Assembly: GCA_964016885.1 (NCBI GenBank)
Contig: OZ024742.1
Span: forward strand, 95,108,001 to 95,172,000
Origin: Eledone cirrhosa
Taxonomy: Eukaryota
Direction of reading: 5' to 3'
DNA: 64,000 bases
Part shown: positions 1 to 12,727 of the stretch, piece by piece
Numbering within the stretch: the first letter of the stretch is position 1
Layout of the letters: every line of letters starts with the position of its first letter
Notes under the pieces: generated by a model
Told to the model about the DNA's origin: nothing
The model's input: the letters and a program-made list of their open reading frames with translations, nothing else
Database searches by the model: none
Program-made: the position numbers and the translations under genes

Positions 1-128
1 CATTTCTTTAAGTTCTATTTATTTGAATATTGAGCACCCACTGGATGAAGTCAATTATACATGAGAGAATGAGAAAAAAGGGAGAAAATGGAAATAATAG
101 CACATATACATACAGATTGTGTGTGAAT

Positions 129-3100
129 CATCATCATCATCATCATCATCATCGTTTAACGTCCATGTTCCATGCTTGCATGGGTTTGGACAGGAGTTTT
201 CCCACTTGAGGCAAGAGTTATTGTCTTGCTCGCATAGGACTGTCTGGCGGGTTTTCTACAGCTGGATGCCCTTCCTAACACCAACCAAATTTACAGTGTG
301 GGACTGGGAGGTTTTTACCGTGTTGCCTACACGCCCACATTACAGCGTGGACTGTGTGTTTTTTTTGTCATGACACCTACACGATCTCATTTGTTTCGGC
401 CTGGATGTTGTGGCACCAAATTAACTTTACATTGAAGGGAGCGGTGTGGATGAGGTGGGGGTGGTGGGACGGGGGTGTATTTTATTAGAGATGCCTACTG
501 ACTGTAGTAGGTTTTACTTTGTATTCAGGTAAGGCGGGTCTTCTCTATTACTGAGTACCGCCAAAGATCTCGGTCCAGTGACATTGTCTTGGAGAGGTGT
601 AAGTGTGTGAGGTCGGAATTTATCAGGTCGTCCCAGGTTTTTCTGGGTCTGCCTACTCCGTGGCTACCGTCTATCTTTATTGCCCTGCACTTTTTTTATA
701 CAGCTGTCGTCTTTCATGCGCATCACGTGACCATACCAATGTAGCCTTCTCTCGAGTAAACAACATCTGATCCCTCTTATTTCTAATTTTTCCCTTAGTT
801 CGTTTATGCTTTGCCGTTCGCGTATATTACTATTACACATCCAGCAGAGCATGCAAACTTCGTTCCTCTCTAGTCGGCATATATCCTCTGCACACAATGC
901 CCAGGTATCACTGCCATGCAACATTGCTGTTCGTATGCAGGCATCATACAGCCTGCCTTTCATTTTTAGGGAGAACCCTTTAGCAGCTAATAGTGGTATA
1001 AGCTCTCTGAACTTTTTCCATCCAGTTCTGACTCTAGCTACTGTACTTTCAGAGCACCCTCCCCCACTGCTGATTTTGTCACCCAGGTAACGGAAGCTGT
1101 CCACTATTTCTATAGAACCCTCTGCGCAATTGAAAGAGCAAGTATTTTGTGGGCACTTGCTGCTACTTATTGCACCAGAGCACCGGCCACATGTAAAATC
1201 TCTGTTCTTAGTTAACTTACCTGTGATCCCACTACATCTTTTATGCACCCATACTTTGCATTTGGGTCATAAAATGGAGTTTCTACCTACGCCTTTCCTA
1301 CACACTGAGCATGGCCATTTCCCGGAAGGGACCGGTGCTTCATTTTCTTTCCTACAAACTAGAACTTTAGTCTTAGCCAGGTTAATTTTAAGGCCTTTTG
1401 ATTCTAGGCCATGCTTCCATGTTTGGAATTTCTTCTCTAGCTTGGCCATTGATTCAGCTATGAGCGTTAGATCATCTGCGTATAGGAGTTCCCATGGGCA
1501 GCCAGTCTTGAACTCCACTGTTATAGCCTGAAGGGCAATAATAAATAGTAGGGGGCTAAGAACAGAGCCCTGATGAACACCAACTTTTACGCTGAACTCT
1601 TCACTATATTCGTTGTTAATTCTAACCTTGCTGACCGTTTCTTTATACATGGCTTGTATAGCTCTCACAAGCCATTCATAAACACCTAGTTTTCTAAGAG
1701 CCCACCAGATAATGGAACGGGGGACTCTGTCGAAGGCTTTCTCCAAGTTAATAAAAGCTAAGTATAGGGGTTTACTTTTAGCTAGGTACTTCTCCTGTAG
1801 TTGTAGTACAATGAAAAGAGCGTCTGTGGTACTTTTGCCTGACACAAACCCGAACTGCATTTCATCTAGATCAGTTCTCTCTCTGATTAGTTGCACTATT
1901 ACTTTTTCCGTGACCTTCATGACCTGGTCGATTAATTTAATGCCTCTATAGTTACTCCTATCTAGGGCATCTCCTTTACCCTTGTAACAGTTAATGATGA
2001 TGCTGCTACGCCAGTCCTTCAGAAGAACCCCATTCTGTATGACTTGGTTTACAATCCGGGTGACCATGGTGTGTTCCACCGTTCCAGAGGCTTTCAGCAT
2101 CTCAGCAACTATTTCCGAAGGCCCAGCCGCCTTACCCGTCTTCATATCTTTGATTGCCTTACTTATTATACTACCTTCAACTAACACTGCTGGTCCCTCT
2201 ATTGGGTCGATGTGGGGGAGACTGTCCTTCTCCCATTTATTCTCCTCATTTAGTAGCCTTTCATAGTGACACTTCCAAGCTACCTTCTTATCAGCGTCAG
2301 TGATGGCAAGTACGACATCATCATTTAGTACACACTTCTCCCCGACAATATCACGGTTATCCTTGACACATTGCCTAGCAATCCTGAACACCTCACGTTT
2401 TTGGTCCTCGCGTTGTAGAACATGCTTGAACTTTCTTTCCTCTGCTTCCCTTCTTGCGAAGTACACTTGTCTCCTAGCTTCCCTCCTGGCCACTTGATAG
2501 TCTTCTCTACTTCCCCCATCCCGCCATACTTTCCAAGCCTGCTTTTTGGCCTTAATCGACTCCTCCACCTTACTGTTCCACCACCATATTACTCTCCTCC
2601 TGCCTATAGGCCTGCTCCGGCCACAGACTTCGTCTGCCGCCATCAGCAGGTTTGCTTTCGAGAATTCCCACTGTTCCTCTATATTGTACGACTCTAAATG
2701 CTCTTCCTTACTGTCGAAAGCATCAAGTAATATGCTTTGAAATTTATTTCTGGCTGTGGGGTCCTTTAGCTTCCATATTTTCTCCTGAGGATAATCCCCT
2801 TCTCCTGACGAGTACGTCTCATCCTGACTATGAGGTCGCTAATTATCAGTCTATGTTGGGAGGTGCATTCTTCATGGGGGAGGGATTTAGTGTTTACAAC
2901 AGACACTCTGTCACGTCTTCTGGTAAGGATATAATCTACCTGGCTGGTATGTTCCCCTGATCTGTAGGTGATCAAGTGATTGTCTCGTTTTTTAAAGTTA
3001 GTGTTACAGATTATTAGGTTATTTGCGTCACAGAATTCCAGGATTCTGTAGCCTTCCTCATTTCTAGTACCAAACCCATAGCCTCCGTGGATTCCATCAT

Positions 3101-3512
3101 AGCCGTCACAATGTTGTCCAAAGTGACCATTTAGGTCGCCAGCAATAATTATATAGTCACTGTCGGTTATTTGGGAGGTAGTGAGCATCAGTGTCTCATA
3201 GAAACTGTCTTTTATAGCGCCAGGCAGACCGGATTGGGGCGCGTACGCAGATATTATCGTCACAGTAGTTCTATTTAGAACAAGTCTTATTTTAATTATT
3301 CTGTCGTTTACTCTATTTACGTTTATTATCTTATCTACCCATTTTTCTGCTAACATGATTCCTACCCCACCCAGCCCATTGTCATTTTCCACCCAGAAAA
3401 GCTTATAGCATCGTTTTTTACTCACAATGAATCTAGCCAGCCCGCCCCTCCACCTGGTCTCTTGGATACAGCAGACATCAACCCCCTTACGTTCAAGCAT
3501 TTCTACAACCTC
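129..3512 (-). mobile_element. RTE-clade LINE, copy A (slightly 5'-truncated; APE endonuclease + RT + PHD-like finger; frameshifts at ~2780 and ~690, stop at 1267)
   Basis: ORFs 2766-3563, 1267-2643 and 664-1248 give IQETRW, SAYAPQ, GDLNGH, QVDYIL, SQHR (APE) and NYRGIKL, LEKAFDRV, HQGSVLSPLLF, LYADD, FRYLG (RT). (GAT)n tail at the left end. 7-bp TSD tgtgaat at 122-128 and 3513-3519. Confidence 0.95.
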
Positions 3513-3550
3513 TGTGAATATATATATATGTATATATATATGTATATACT

Positions 3551-3746
3551 GTGTAGGTAACACGGTAAAAACCTCCTAGTCCATACTGTAAACGTGGTTA
3601 GTGTTAGGAAGGGAATCCAGCTGTAGAAAACCTGCCAGACAGTCCTATACAAGCGAGACGACCAATCTTGCCTCAAGTGGGACAATTCCTCTCTAAACCC
3701 ATTCTAGCATGGAAGATTGACGTTAAATGATGATGAGGATGATGAT
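3551..3746 (+). mobile_element. Short 5'-truncated 3' end of the same RTE family
   Basis: Colinear with 53730-53930 (aacacggtaaaaacctcc...ttaggaaggg..tccagctgtagaaaacc...gcatggaa...gatgatga). Confidence 0.85.
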
Positions 3747-3763
3747 ATATATATATATATATG

Positions 3764-4020
3764 ATCATCATCATTTCATTTTACGTCTGCTTTTTCCCTG
3801 CTTGCAAGGGTGGGACGGGAACTGATTCTGGCTTGATTTCTACAGCTGGATGCCCTTCCTAACACCAACCTCATTTACAGTGAGTGCTGTGTGCTTTTTG
3901 GCTGTGGCACCTCCACGACCACTTTACAGTGGAATGATATGGACCCCTGTCCCTATCATCTCATTTCTACAGCTGAGTAAACTGGAGCAATGTGAAATAA
4001 ACTGTCTTGCTCAAGGAAAC
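3764..4020 (-). mobile_element. SINE-B (CORE-like body + RTE-derived tail), 5'-truncated
   Basis: Reverse complement of 49660-49920; both copies translate to nearly the same spurious peptide MPFLTPTSFTVSA... Confidence 0.85.
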
Positions 4021-4054
4021 TACAAATATATATATATATTAACACTATTTTCAC

Positions 4055-4537
4055 TGGGATAATTGCTGACCTTATGCCAAAATAGAAACAATTATTATTA
4101 TTATTGCCAGTATAAGTAGAGCGTCAGACACCATGTTTTGCAGCATAGAGTTATGGCCTTTTATGTTCTGAGCTGAAATCAAGCCATGGTTAGTTTGCCT
4201 TTCATCCTTACAGGGTCGATAAAATAAAGCACCAGTAACATATTGGGGTTGATTTAATCGACTTTCCCCTCCCCTTTAATTACTGGCTTTGTGCCTATTG
4301 TAGAAATCATTATTATTATCATTATTTATTTATTTAGGGTGGTGGATTGGCAGTATCGGTAGAGGGTCGGACGCCATGCTTTCCAGCATAGTTACGTCCC
4401 TTTACGATCTGAGTTCAAATCCCGCCCAGGTTAACTTTGCCTTTCATCCTTATGGGGTCGATAAAATAAAGTACCAGTAATGCACTGGGTAATTGCTGGC
4501 CTTGTGCCTAAATTAGAAACAATTATTTATTTATTTA
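4055..4537 (+). mobile_element. Tandem stack of SINE-A copies (3' fragment, long form ~4103-4320, short form 4337-4521)
   Basis: A box tggcagtatcgg, B box gagttcaaatcc, central tttgcctttcatcctta.ggggtcgataaaataaagtaccag (resembles Nin/Deu-type domain), end ccttgtgcctaaattagaaaca + (ATT)n. 16-bp TSD attatttatttattta at 4321-4336 and 4522-4537. Confidence 0.9.
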
Positions 4538-5264
4538 TGTTCATACACGAAACAAATATGATACCTAAGATTTCGAGACTCAATATTGACCATAGAAACC
4601 ATCCTAATGCTGATAAAAATCATTCATAATGGATAAGATCAGATATGTTACAGTACATAAATGATGAAGAATAGGTGAGCTGAGAGAAAATCTGGAGATA
4701 CGAGATGACAAAAGAATGCAATAAAAGGAAGCTCTGCTGGAAAAGATCTTTCCTTCCAAACTGTTAAAACATGGCAAAATAGATTTAAAATATTGATGAT
4801 TATGTTGATGAGGGTAATATATATATAACATTATATTAGGTGCCAATCGTAGTTGAAACTGCCATATAGCAGGTACTAATCGAGTTGTTCAAGGCAATCA
4901 CAAACCACTCAATAGTGCAGTATGTTAATACATTACTGTCTGGAGTAGACACAACAGATGAGGTGCTGCTGTTGTTAAAGATGTAAACATTTTAAACCAT
5001 ATCCAAACAAGTTTCAACTAAATGATACACTCATCAAAGTATTTTAAGCCTTAATTCACAAACATATTTCCTTTCTCTCTGCTGCTTTTCTGTTACTGCA
5101 TCATCTTATTACTTAATTAGCAATAGAAAGAGCTAAAGTTTTTTATGCAGAATCTGTGAGACAAGAGAGGGAATGTGTCAAGGAAATGATGACACAGGCT
5201 GGAGACCTCAGACTGGTCTGAATACTTGAAGCAGAGCACACTTTGCTAAAGCAACACCTTAAAG

Positions 5265-6025
5265 ACTGCATGATGGTATTAAGATAGGTGATGATTTAAA
5301 TGTACATGGGGCTCACATCTTACATGCTCAGTTGATTAACAATCCCTATATAATTGAAAAAGCTCATATATTCAAGGCATTTATATAACTTTATATATGT
5401 ATGTATATCCAAAATTAAATTAAAGGTATCATGTCTGAGAGACATGCGCCATATCCACTGTAGAATATTCTCAAAGATTCCAATGAATAGATCCAAGCAT
5501 TTTATATCAACTGTTTTATGTGTTTATTTTAGATATATATATATGTCAATCACTTTCTAGTTGATATATGTATATATATGTAAAACTATGCTATAGTGTT
5601 AAACAGTGATTTTTTAAGTGTACTTGGGATGCACATCTAACTTGGCCAGATAGTTTTGATTCTCTGCATTATTGAAAAAATTGTTCACAAAATGTTTTTT
5701 TTTAAATTAAAGTACCTATGTATATATATATATATGTAAGGCTATGTGATGATATTATACTGGGTGGTATTTTAAGTTCACAATGAGCTTACATCAAACA
5801 TGCTCAGTTGGAACCCTATTCCACTGCATTATTAAAATAATTCTTATATTCAAGGCCTTTATATAAAAGTAGATATGTATGTATATGTAAGGCAATCTGA
5901 TGGTGTTAAACTGGTCGATAATTTATTGGTGCTCATATTGAATATGGTCAGTTGGTTTCCTTACCTTTGCAGTATTGAAAATGTATATATTCAAAGCTCT
6001 TATATAAACGAGACTATGTATGTCA
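5265..6025. repeat. Degenerate ~150-bp tandem repeat, 4-5 units
   Basis: Recurrent motifs gtaaggc.at.tgatg.t.tta, catgctcagttg, gcattattgaaa, tattcaagg..tttatataa, tatgtatgtatat at ~5265, ~5580, ~5735, ~5886. Confidence 0.6.
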
Positions 6026-7079
6026 ATGTTTTGGGGAAGAAAAAGGTATATTAGGTGCTTTGGAGTTTGTGAAAACCCAGGAAAAGAATGAAATAAACTA
6101 CTTATGTGTTTAATTTTATTTTGAAAATAATCAAGAATAACTGTTTTCATTATTACACTTCATGATAGAAGTTTTTATATAAATACATACACTATCAAAC
6201 AGACAGTTGTATACAATAGAACCAAATGATGATGGTTTCTGATGGTTTTGTATCAAAAGATTTAAAAACATTTGACTCAGCATTGCACTATTTCTCAGTC
6301 TTTAAGTAATTATGTTGAAGATGTTATGTTGCTGCTGACGATGTTAACAATAATGATGATGAGGAGAATTACAATGATGATGATGATGATGAAGTAACTG
6401 AAATATACCTGGTCGGATTACATTTCACATAATCTTGTTTGGACTTAAAATACTAATAAAACATTGATGAACATTTTTTTATATTTACAGACAAAACTGA
6501 GATATTTTTAAAGAAACTGAAGTTGACAGCATTGGTTCTGATGATGGAAACTTAAAACACATCATCGTCATAGTTTTTCATATAGTTAACAATCTGATTC
6601 TGAAGAACTATGCTGATGGGATTAAATATTCCAAAAACTAAAAAAATGGTAGGGAAAAAGAAAAAAACAAAGAGAATTTGTTTACGTCATTCCAAAATTT
6701 TATCTGCAAAGATGAAGTCTTCACAGGGTTAAGGTTTGAAAAGAACAAACAACATCACAGTTATTATTATTGGGAATAGTAGTAGTAGTTGTTTCACCAT
6801 TAGAAGTAACAATAACAAGTATAATAGTTTCTTTATCTCTTGCAACAGAAAAACAAAATAATAAACGTTAAAAATAAAAGCCTTATAAAGTATAACAGGC
6901 AAAACAAAGTGTGAAAAAATAGTATTTAAGTGAAACATGATTATAAATTCCACCAAAATAATAGAAAAATGGAATAGATCATTATTCAGACAGGATTTGA
7001 CATTTCCAAAAACATAGGGTACCCTTCTTGTAAGATTGTATTGTATTTTCTAAGCTTAGCTTGCTTGTTCAATTTAAAG

Positions 7080-7445
7080 GCGAGTGGTGGTAACATGCCA
7101 AAATGCACCCAGTACATTCAGTAAAGTGGTAGTGTTGATACTACAATAAAATGTAACCAGTAAAATTTTGAATGTGGGACTGCTGATAACTCAATGCATT
7201 TCACCCAGTACACTCTGTAAAGTGCTAGTACTGGATCCATACTAAAATGAAACCATCAAAATTTGTAAAGTAGTTGAGTTGGTGTTATGATGGAATGTAC
7301 CCTGTACATTCTATAAAGTTGGCATTAGGAGGAACATCTGCCATAGAAATCAAACTAAATATTTAACATATAGGCCAGACTTGGTTCTTTGACATGTCTA
7401 GTCTTGGAAAAGCATGGAAAATAGGTGTAAAACGATGATGTTGAT
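7080..7445 (+). mobile_element. Old RTE 3'-UTR remnant with ~45-bp internal tandem units
   Basis: Repeated cacccagtacactctgtaaagtg units, then ggcattaggagg..catc..gccatagaaa and gcatggaaaa...gatgatg. Confidence 0.65.
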
Positions 7446-7639
7446 AAAAATATTTTTTCTCAGATATACATGCTTTTCCTATTCTGATTCAGAAAATCTT
7501 TCTAAATTCATGCCCCTCTCTCTCTTTCACTATATATCTATCATTAATCGATACTTGAAGCAGAAGACATAGAGTTGTTAGCCCCCAAAACACATGTTGT
7601 TCTTTCAGTCCCTTCTATCTTATTCTCTATATGGCATAT

Positions 7640-7995
7640 TTACCCCTTTCATTTTGCTGGTGACATGATAAATAAACTCCAGTCTACCTTGTAAGTGTAG
7701 TGCTGGTGCCTGAACAAAAAGCATCCATTCAACCATATAAGGTTGTAGTGTTGGTGCCACAACAAAACACACCCAGTCTTCTCTGTAAGGTTGTAGTGAG
7801 GGTGCCACTATATAAGGTGCTAGTGTCAGAGTCATGATAAAATACTCTCAGTATAGGCTATAAGGTAGTTGCTGTTAGGAAGAGAATCCAACTATAGAAA
7901 CAAAGTCAAAAATGGTATGTACAAGCAAGACATAATCACCTGAACAGTCTAGCCTCAGTACACGACAGATTGTATAATCCATGCATATGTTAAAT
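7640..7995 (+). mobile_element. Old RTE 3'-UTR remnant with ~45-bp internal tandem units
   Basis: Repeated taaggttgtagtg..ggtgccac units, then gttaggaagagaatccaactatagaaac. Confidence 0.6.
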
Positions 7996-8744
7996 GGTAT
8001 GGTATAGCATGGACCCAGAACTTGTAGTGGAGTTATAGGGGTACCATAGTGGCATACAGCATTGCTTTGGGCATTTTAAGCTTGGCAGAGCTCCTTTCCA
8101 GGTCTGAACACAGCAGATTTCTTCCTAAGAAGGATTGAAAGGAAGAAAAAGATATAGAGAAAGAGTCAATCCCAGTACTGGTCTGGTACTTTTTTTTAGA
8201 GACCTCAGAAAAATGAAAGGCATTGTTGATCTCACCAGTATTTGGATTCAGAGAGAAGAGAACTAGAAGAGATATTGCAAAGCATTCTATCCAGCATTCG
8301 AACGACTACCAATTTGCAAATTAAATAGTGAAAATTATTATACCAAACCACCTGAAACTGATACTGATTCTATGATGCAAAACTGCACATTATAAAGTTT
8401 TCTTATTTAAATTTAAAGTATCCATCATCATTTTGTCTTAGAAACTTTCATTACTTAATGGGTGGGCGAACTTAATCAATCATCCAGTTTAACTCTACCA
8501 CCTAGTCCTTGTGTACCTTTAGCAGAGTCTATTTTGCTGTAAATATTTGAAACAGGTCTCTAGTTTGAAGATACTTTCCTCCTTCTCTCTCTCGCTGCCC
8601 ACCTATGTCTGAGCCCTTGGAAATGGTCATGGAAGCTATCTTTCCTTACTGACTAAACAGTGGAAGAAAACAAAAAGATCTCTGAGTCTCATGATTAATT
8701 CAAATCTTCATCTTGGTTAACCGTTTCATTCTCACTGTTATTTT

Positions 8745-8970
8745 CTTTCAAACTTTTATTGGTTCACATCACTAGACAGTGGCCATGCTGGGAAACTACC
8801 TTGATTTAGTCAATTTTATGGACCCCCATAACTACTTATCTTTTCAAGTCTGATACTTATTTTATCATTTTTTTTTTTGTCAAACTGCAAACTTACATGA
8901 CATAAACACTGAAGGAAACACAATCATAAATATAGACATTGATATATACACACACACACAGATATATATA

Positions 8971-9001
<31 letters not shown>

Positions 9002-9420
9002 ACAACAAGCTTCTGCAGCTTCTATCTACTCTCAAGATATTAGTTAATTCAAGGCTATAGTAGAAGACTTTTCCCAAAGTACCTCTCAGAAGGTGTGTGG
9101 GTTAGTGGTTAGAGAGCTGGATTCACAATCATGAGGTTGTGAGTTCAATTCTTGGACTGGACGATGCATTGTGTCCTTGAGCAAGATATTTTATTTCACA
9201 TTGTTCCTTCTGCCAAGAGTTTCAGCTGATAGATAGTATCAACAGTGGAAAGACCAATGGAAGCATTGTTTCCTTGGTCTGATTTGACGAGGTCCACCCC
9301 ACGTGAATGCGGTCTGGGATCTTGTGGATTGATCAGAGTGAGCGACCACTCAGAGGACTGAATCTGGAACCACATGGTTCTAAAGCAAACTTCTTAACCA
9401 CACAGCTATGCCTGAGCCTA
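8745..9420 (-). mobile_element. SINE-D (tRNA head, CORE-like segment, internal CA/TA microsatellite) interrupted by an insert at 9091-9344
   Basis: Same layout as 20520-20840: tagactgtggccatgctggg...gaggctatagtagaagac..ttgcccaag...gaaccacatggtt...cacacagc. Confidence 0.7.
9091..9344 (+). mobile_element. CORE-SINE head with an unassigned 3' part
   Basis: ttagtggttagag..., gagttcaattc, gtccttgagcaagatattttatttcacattg as in 49580-49700; imperfect 10-bp TSD acctctcaga / accactcaga. Confidence 0.65.
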
Positions 9421-12400
9421 TATAATAAAACTTAGGATATGATTAGAACTCAGAATTTAGAGATATGAAAGCTGCCAGTGTTGTAATAATGTATTTAGCC
9501 TGAAGTTCTCAACTAAACCTTTAATGAAATAATGATTTCTTTTGACTAGTCACAAGGCCAAAATCTGTCTTTTTCCTGTCTTTTATATTCCTGTCTTTTT
9601 CACCCATCATTTTTTTCCTGTTCTTTTTTTGTAAATATTTTCCACATTACCCTTCCTTCCCCCCTTATCATCTCTGTCATGACAACTGGTTTCCTGGAAT
9701 GATTTGACAAAAATGAATTCCTATGCCAGCTTCTCTTGTATTTCAGAGAAAGATCTCTATTTCCATTAATATTTCATTAATGATTTTGTTTTATATTTTT
9801 TGTGTTAGGGGTGTTAGTGGTGTATGTTCTGGTTTATATTTATTTATTTGCTTGCTTTTCTCTTTTTACTTTTCAACATTTTGTAAATAATAATAATAAC
9901 ATTAATAGTAATGATAATAATAATGGTTACAACAATAATATCAATAATAATGTAATATGTTATCAGCATTATTACTATTATTATTATTATTATTATTATT
10001 ATTTTTGTTGTTATTATTATTATCTATTTTGTATTATCTTTTTCATCTTTGTTTTTCCTTCGCTAACACCGATCCATCACTTTACTGAAATGAATGTGGC
10101 GCAGTGATTTTGAGGAGTAGGGGAGACAGTTTTCTGTTACTGCTTGAGATTCGATTCTGTTTTTCTTACTTTATATATACATTTAATACTTTACTTGGTG
10201 TCTCTCTCTTCCCCTTCACTTATATATATGTGTATATATATATATATATATTGAAGGGTATATGTGTGTGAGTTTATGCTAAAATGTAACTGTGTACCAA
10301 TGTAAATGTATGCATACAAATATGCAAATATATACTTCATATATTTGAATCTCTATTTCTCTCTCTCTCTCCCTATATATATATATGTATATCATGCATG
10401 GAAATGTGTGCATAAATCTGTGGTGTTTCTCATTCCACATACTCATGCATTTTTCCTTTTCACTCTTTCTTTCCCCAGAGAAGCTTTTCTTAAGCAACTA
10501 CTACCAAACTGACTCTGCTCTGTTATAATATCGAATATATTTCTGTCTTCTGTTTTTCCACTTTCTTTATCATCAATTTTTAAATAAAAGCTATTTAGCT
10601 GCCATGTTTGAACTCTATAACAGTGGCCATCTTGTTTGACATCAGGCTTTTTCCAGGAAGGAAGAAAGTGTCTGCATATCTCTTCCATTTCACATTACAA
10701 TTGTCAAGTTGATGTGAAAGGAAAACTGATTTTTTTCAATATATTTTCATTTTATTTTGTTTGTCTTTCTCTTTTCCTGATAGATTCTCCATTTTCCCTC
10801 TTTTCACTTTGTCCTCTCATCCCTCATTTTCACAGAAAAAAAAAACAACACAAGTAAGAAAAACCACATCACCAAAACATTTCATCTTTATTTTAATTTT
10901 CTTTTACAATATCTAGTTCATTTTATTTTAACTTATATTTATATTTCATTTTTTATTTTATTTTTTGTGAATTGGCAGGGTTTTCAGAAAGAGTGGACCT
11001 ACTTGATTTTTTTTTTTCCAGGGAAAAAATGAAAATAATATCAAAAGAGAAAATAAGAAAACAAAAAAAGCACCCTTTCTCCCTTATCTTTGTTATCGAT
11101 GTTTAAAGGGTAAATAAGGGTATAGATAGAATCTAGATAGAGAGGCTCCCTCAATTGGTATTTATGTTGATTCAGGTCTTAAGCACACCAAATAGGTAAT
11201 TGAAAATATGAAATATGGATGAATAAATCAATATAAATTCATGAATAACTTTAGAAATAAATTAGGAAATAAAGCAATAAAAATTCACATATGTATTTGG
11301 GGAATATGTTCTTCTAAACTTAGGTATGTGTGTGTGTGCATTAAATCATGCTGTACCAAAGAATACAGGACATATATATAAGAGAGAGAATGAAAATAAT
11401 ATATACTGTTTTATGGGTTTCAGTCATTTGACTGAGAACACTTGAGAAAAAAGAGGATGCTACTAGAGTAGTACTGAAGTGTTGGTTAGTGATAGAGTGT
11501 TGTGCTACATTGAACACCTCACTATTGTCAACATCCCATTAGTCATCCTGTAAAGAAATACCCAATCAGTCACCAGTCACCACCAAATGTCACATAACAG
11601 AGAACAGTGTCTTACAATCCTAAGCAAAGGAGAAAGAAAAGGAGTCAATCATCAGCTCAGATGAAGAAATCAATGTTTTCATTGGTCTTTGCTGATACTA
11701 TTTGCTGGTGGCAATTCCTGTAAAAAAAAAAAAATGATGGGCTCACAACACCATGCCTGATCATAGTTGATTCCTTCCAGCTAAAGAAAGAATCAATTCC
11801 ACTATTGGACTGATACTTTTTTCATCACTCTCAAAATGATGAAAGGCAAAGTGGACCTTAGTGGGATTTGAACTTAGATTGCATAGATCTGGAATGGGCA
11901 CCACAAAGCATTATTTCTGATGTTCTAATGACTCTGCCTATTTTTACTGCCAATAGTCTGGTTAATGTTTTTATTCTTTCACTGGTAACAAAAAAGTTGA
12001 ATAACACATGTTCCAACAGTATGAAAATACACATTTTACAAAATCCTTATTTTGTCTGGAAATACAATATAATACAGAAAATTATATCAACAAAAATTTT
12101 ATACAAAAATATTCCTCCATCGATATGGTAAACAGAGGTTCCAAATGTCCCATGATTATAAGATTTATCTGGCATTGTTCTATTATTGTGTTTTTCAAAG
12201 CTAACAATACCTGGAATCAATGCTTTTTTATGGGAATACTGTAGCTCATTCAGGTTTGCACCATCTTCCAACCGTAATCTTTTTGGTGGCGTAGGAGTGA
12301 AAGTCAATTAAATCGACCCCGGTGCATTACTGGTACTTTTATCAACCCCATAGGGATGAAAGGCAAAGCTAACCTCAATGGTATTTGAACTCCAGTTTAA

Positions 12401-12727
12401 TAATGATTTCTTTTTGGGCCTCTCAGGCCATGAGATATTTTGTTACATTAAGAAATCCCTCCAAATTCTTTATTATTTTCAAAATGATTTGAAAATTTTA
12501 AGTGACTGCTTCAAAGATTCATTCAACAATCTTAGCCATAGTCTCTTACTTCAGGTATCTGGGTAGATGGCAGTAACAATTGATTAAATTATCCCAGTAC
12601 TTGACTGGTACTATATTTTAATGGCATTGGAAGGATAAAGGGAAAAAATAACCACAGGTGGATTCAAATTCAAAATGCAAAGAGTTGTGATGGCATTTTA
12701 CACAGTATTCTAATATTTCAGCCAACA

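Noticed and set aside
806-2960. Antisense ORFs over the LINEs (also 51273-53279, 55906-57857)
   Set aside because: Shadow frames of RT coding sequence with no independent evidence.
3551-3746. Twin-priming inversion of RTE copy A
   Set aside because: It is a more diverged 3' end with its own tail and lies outside copy A's TSD, so it is a separate insertion.
6409-6452. Possible 44-nt minus-strand exon (YFKSKQDYVKCNPT)
   Set aside because: Moderate splice signals only, asymmetric length, no recognisable homology.
6538-6551. ctgatgatggaaac hammerhead-like core
   Set aside because: No room for stem II between CTGATGA and GAAA.
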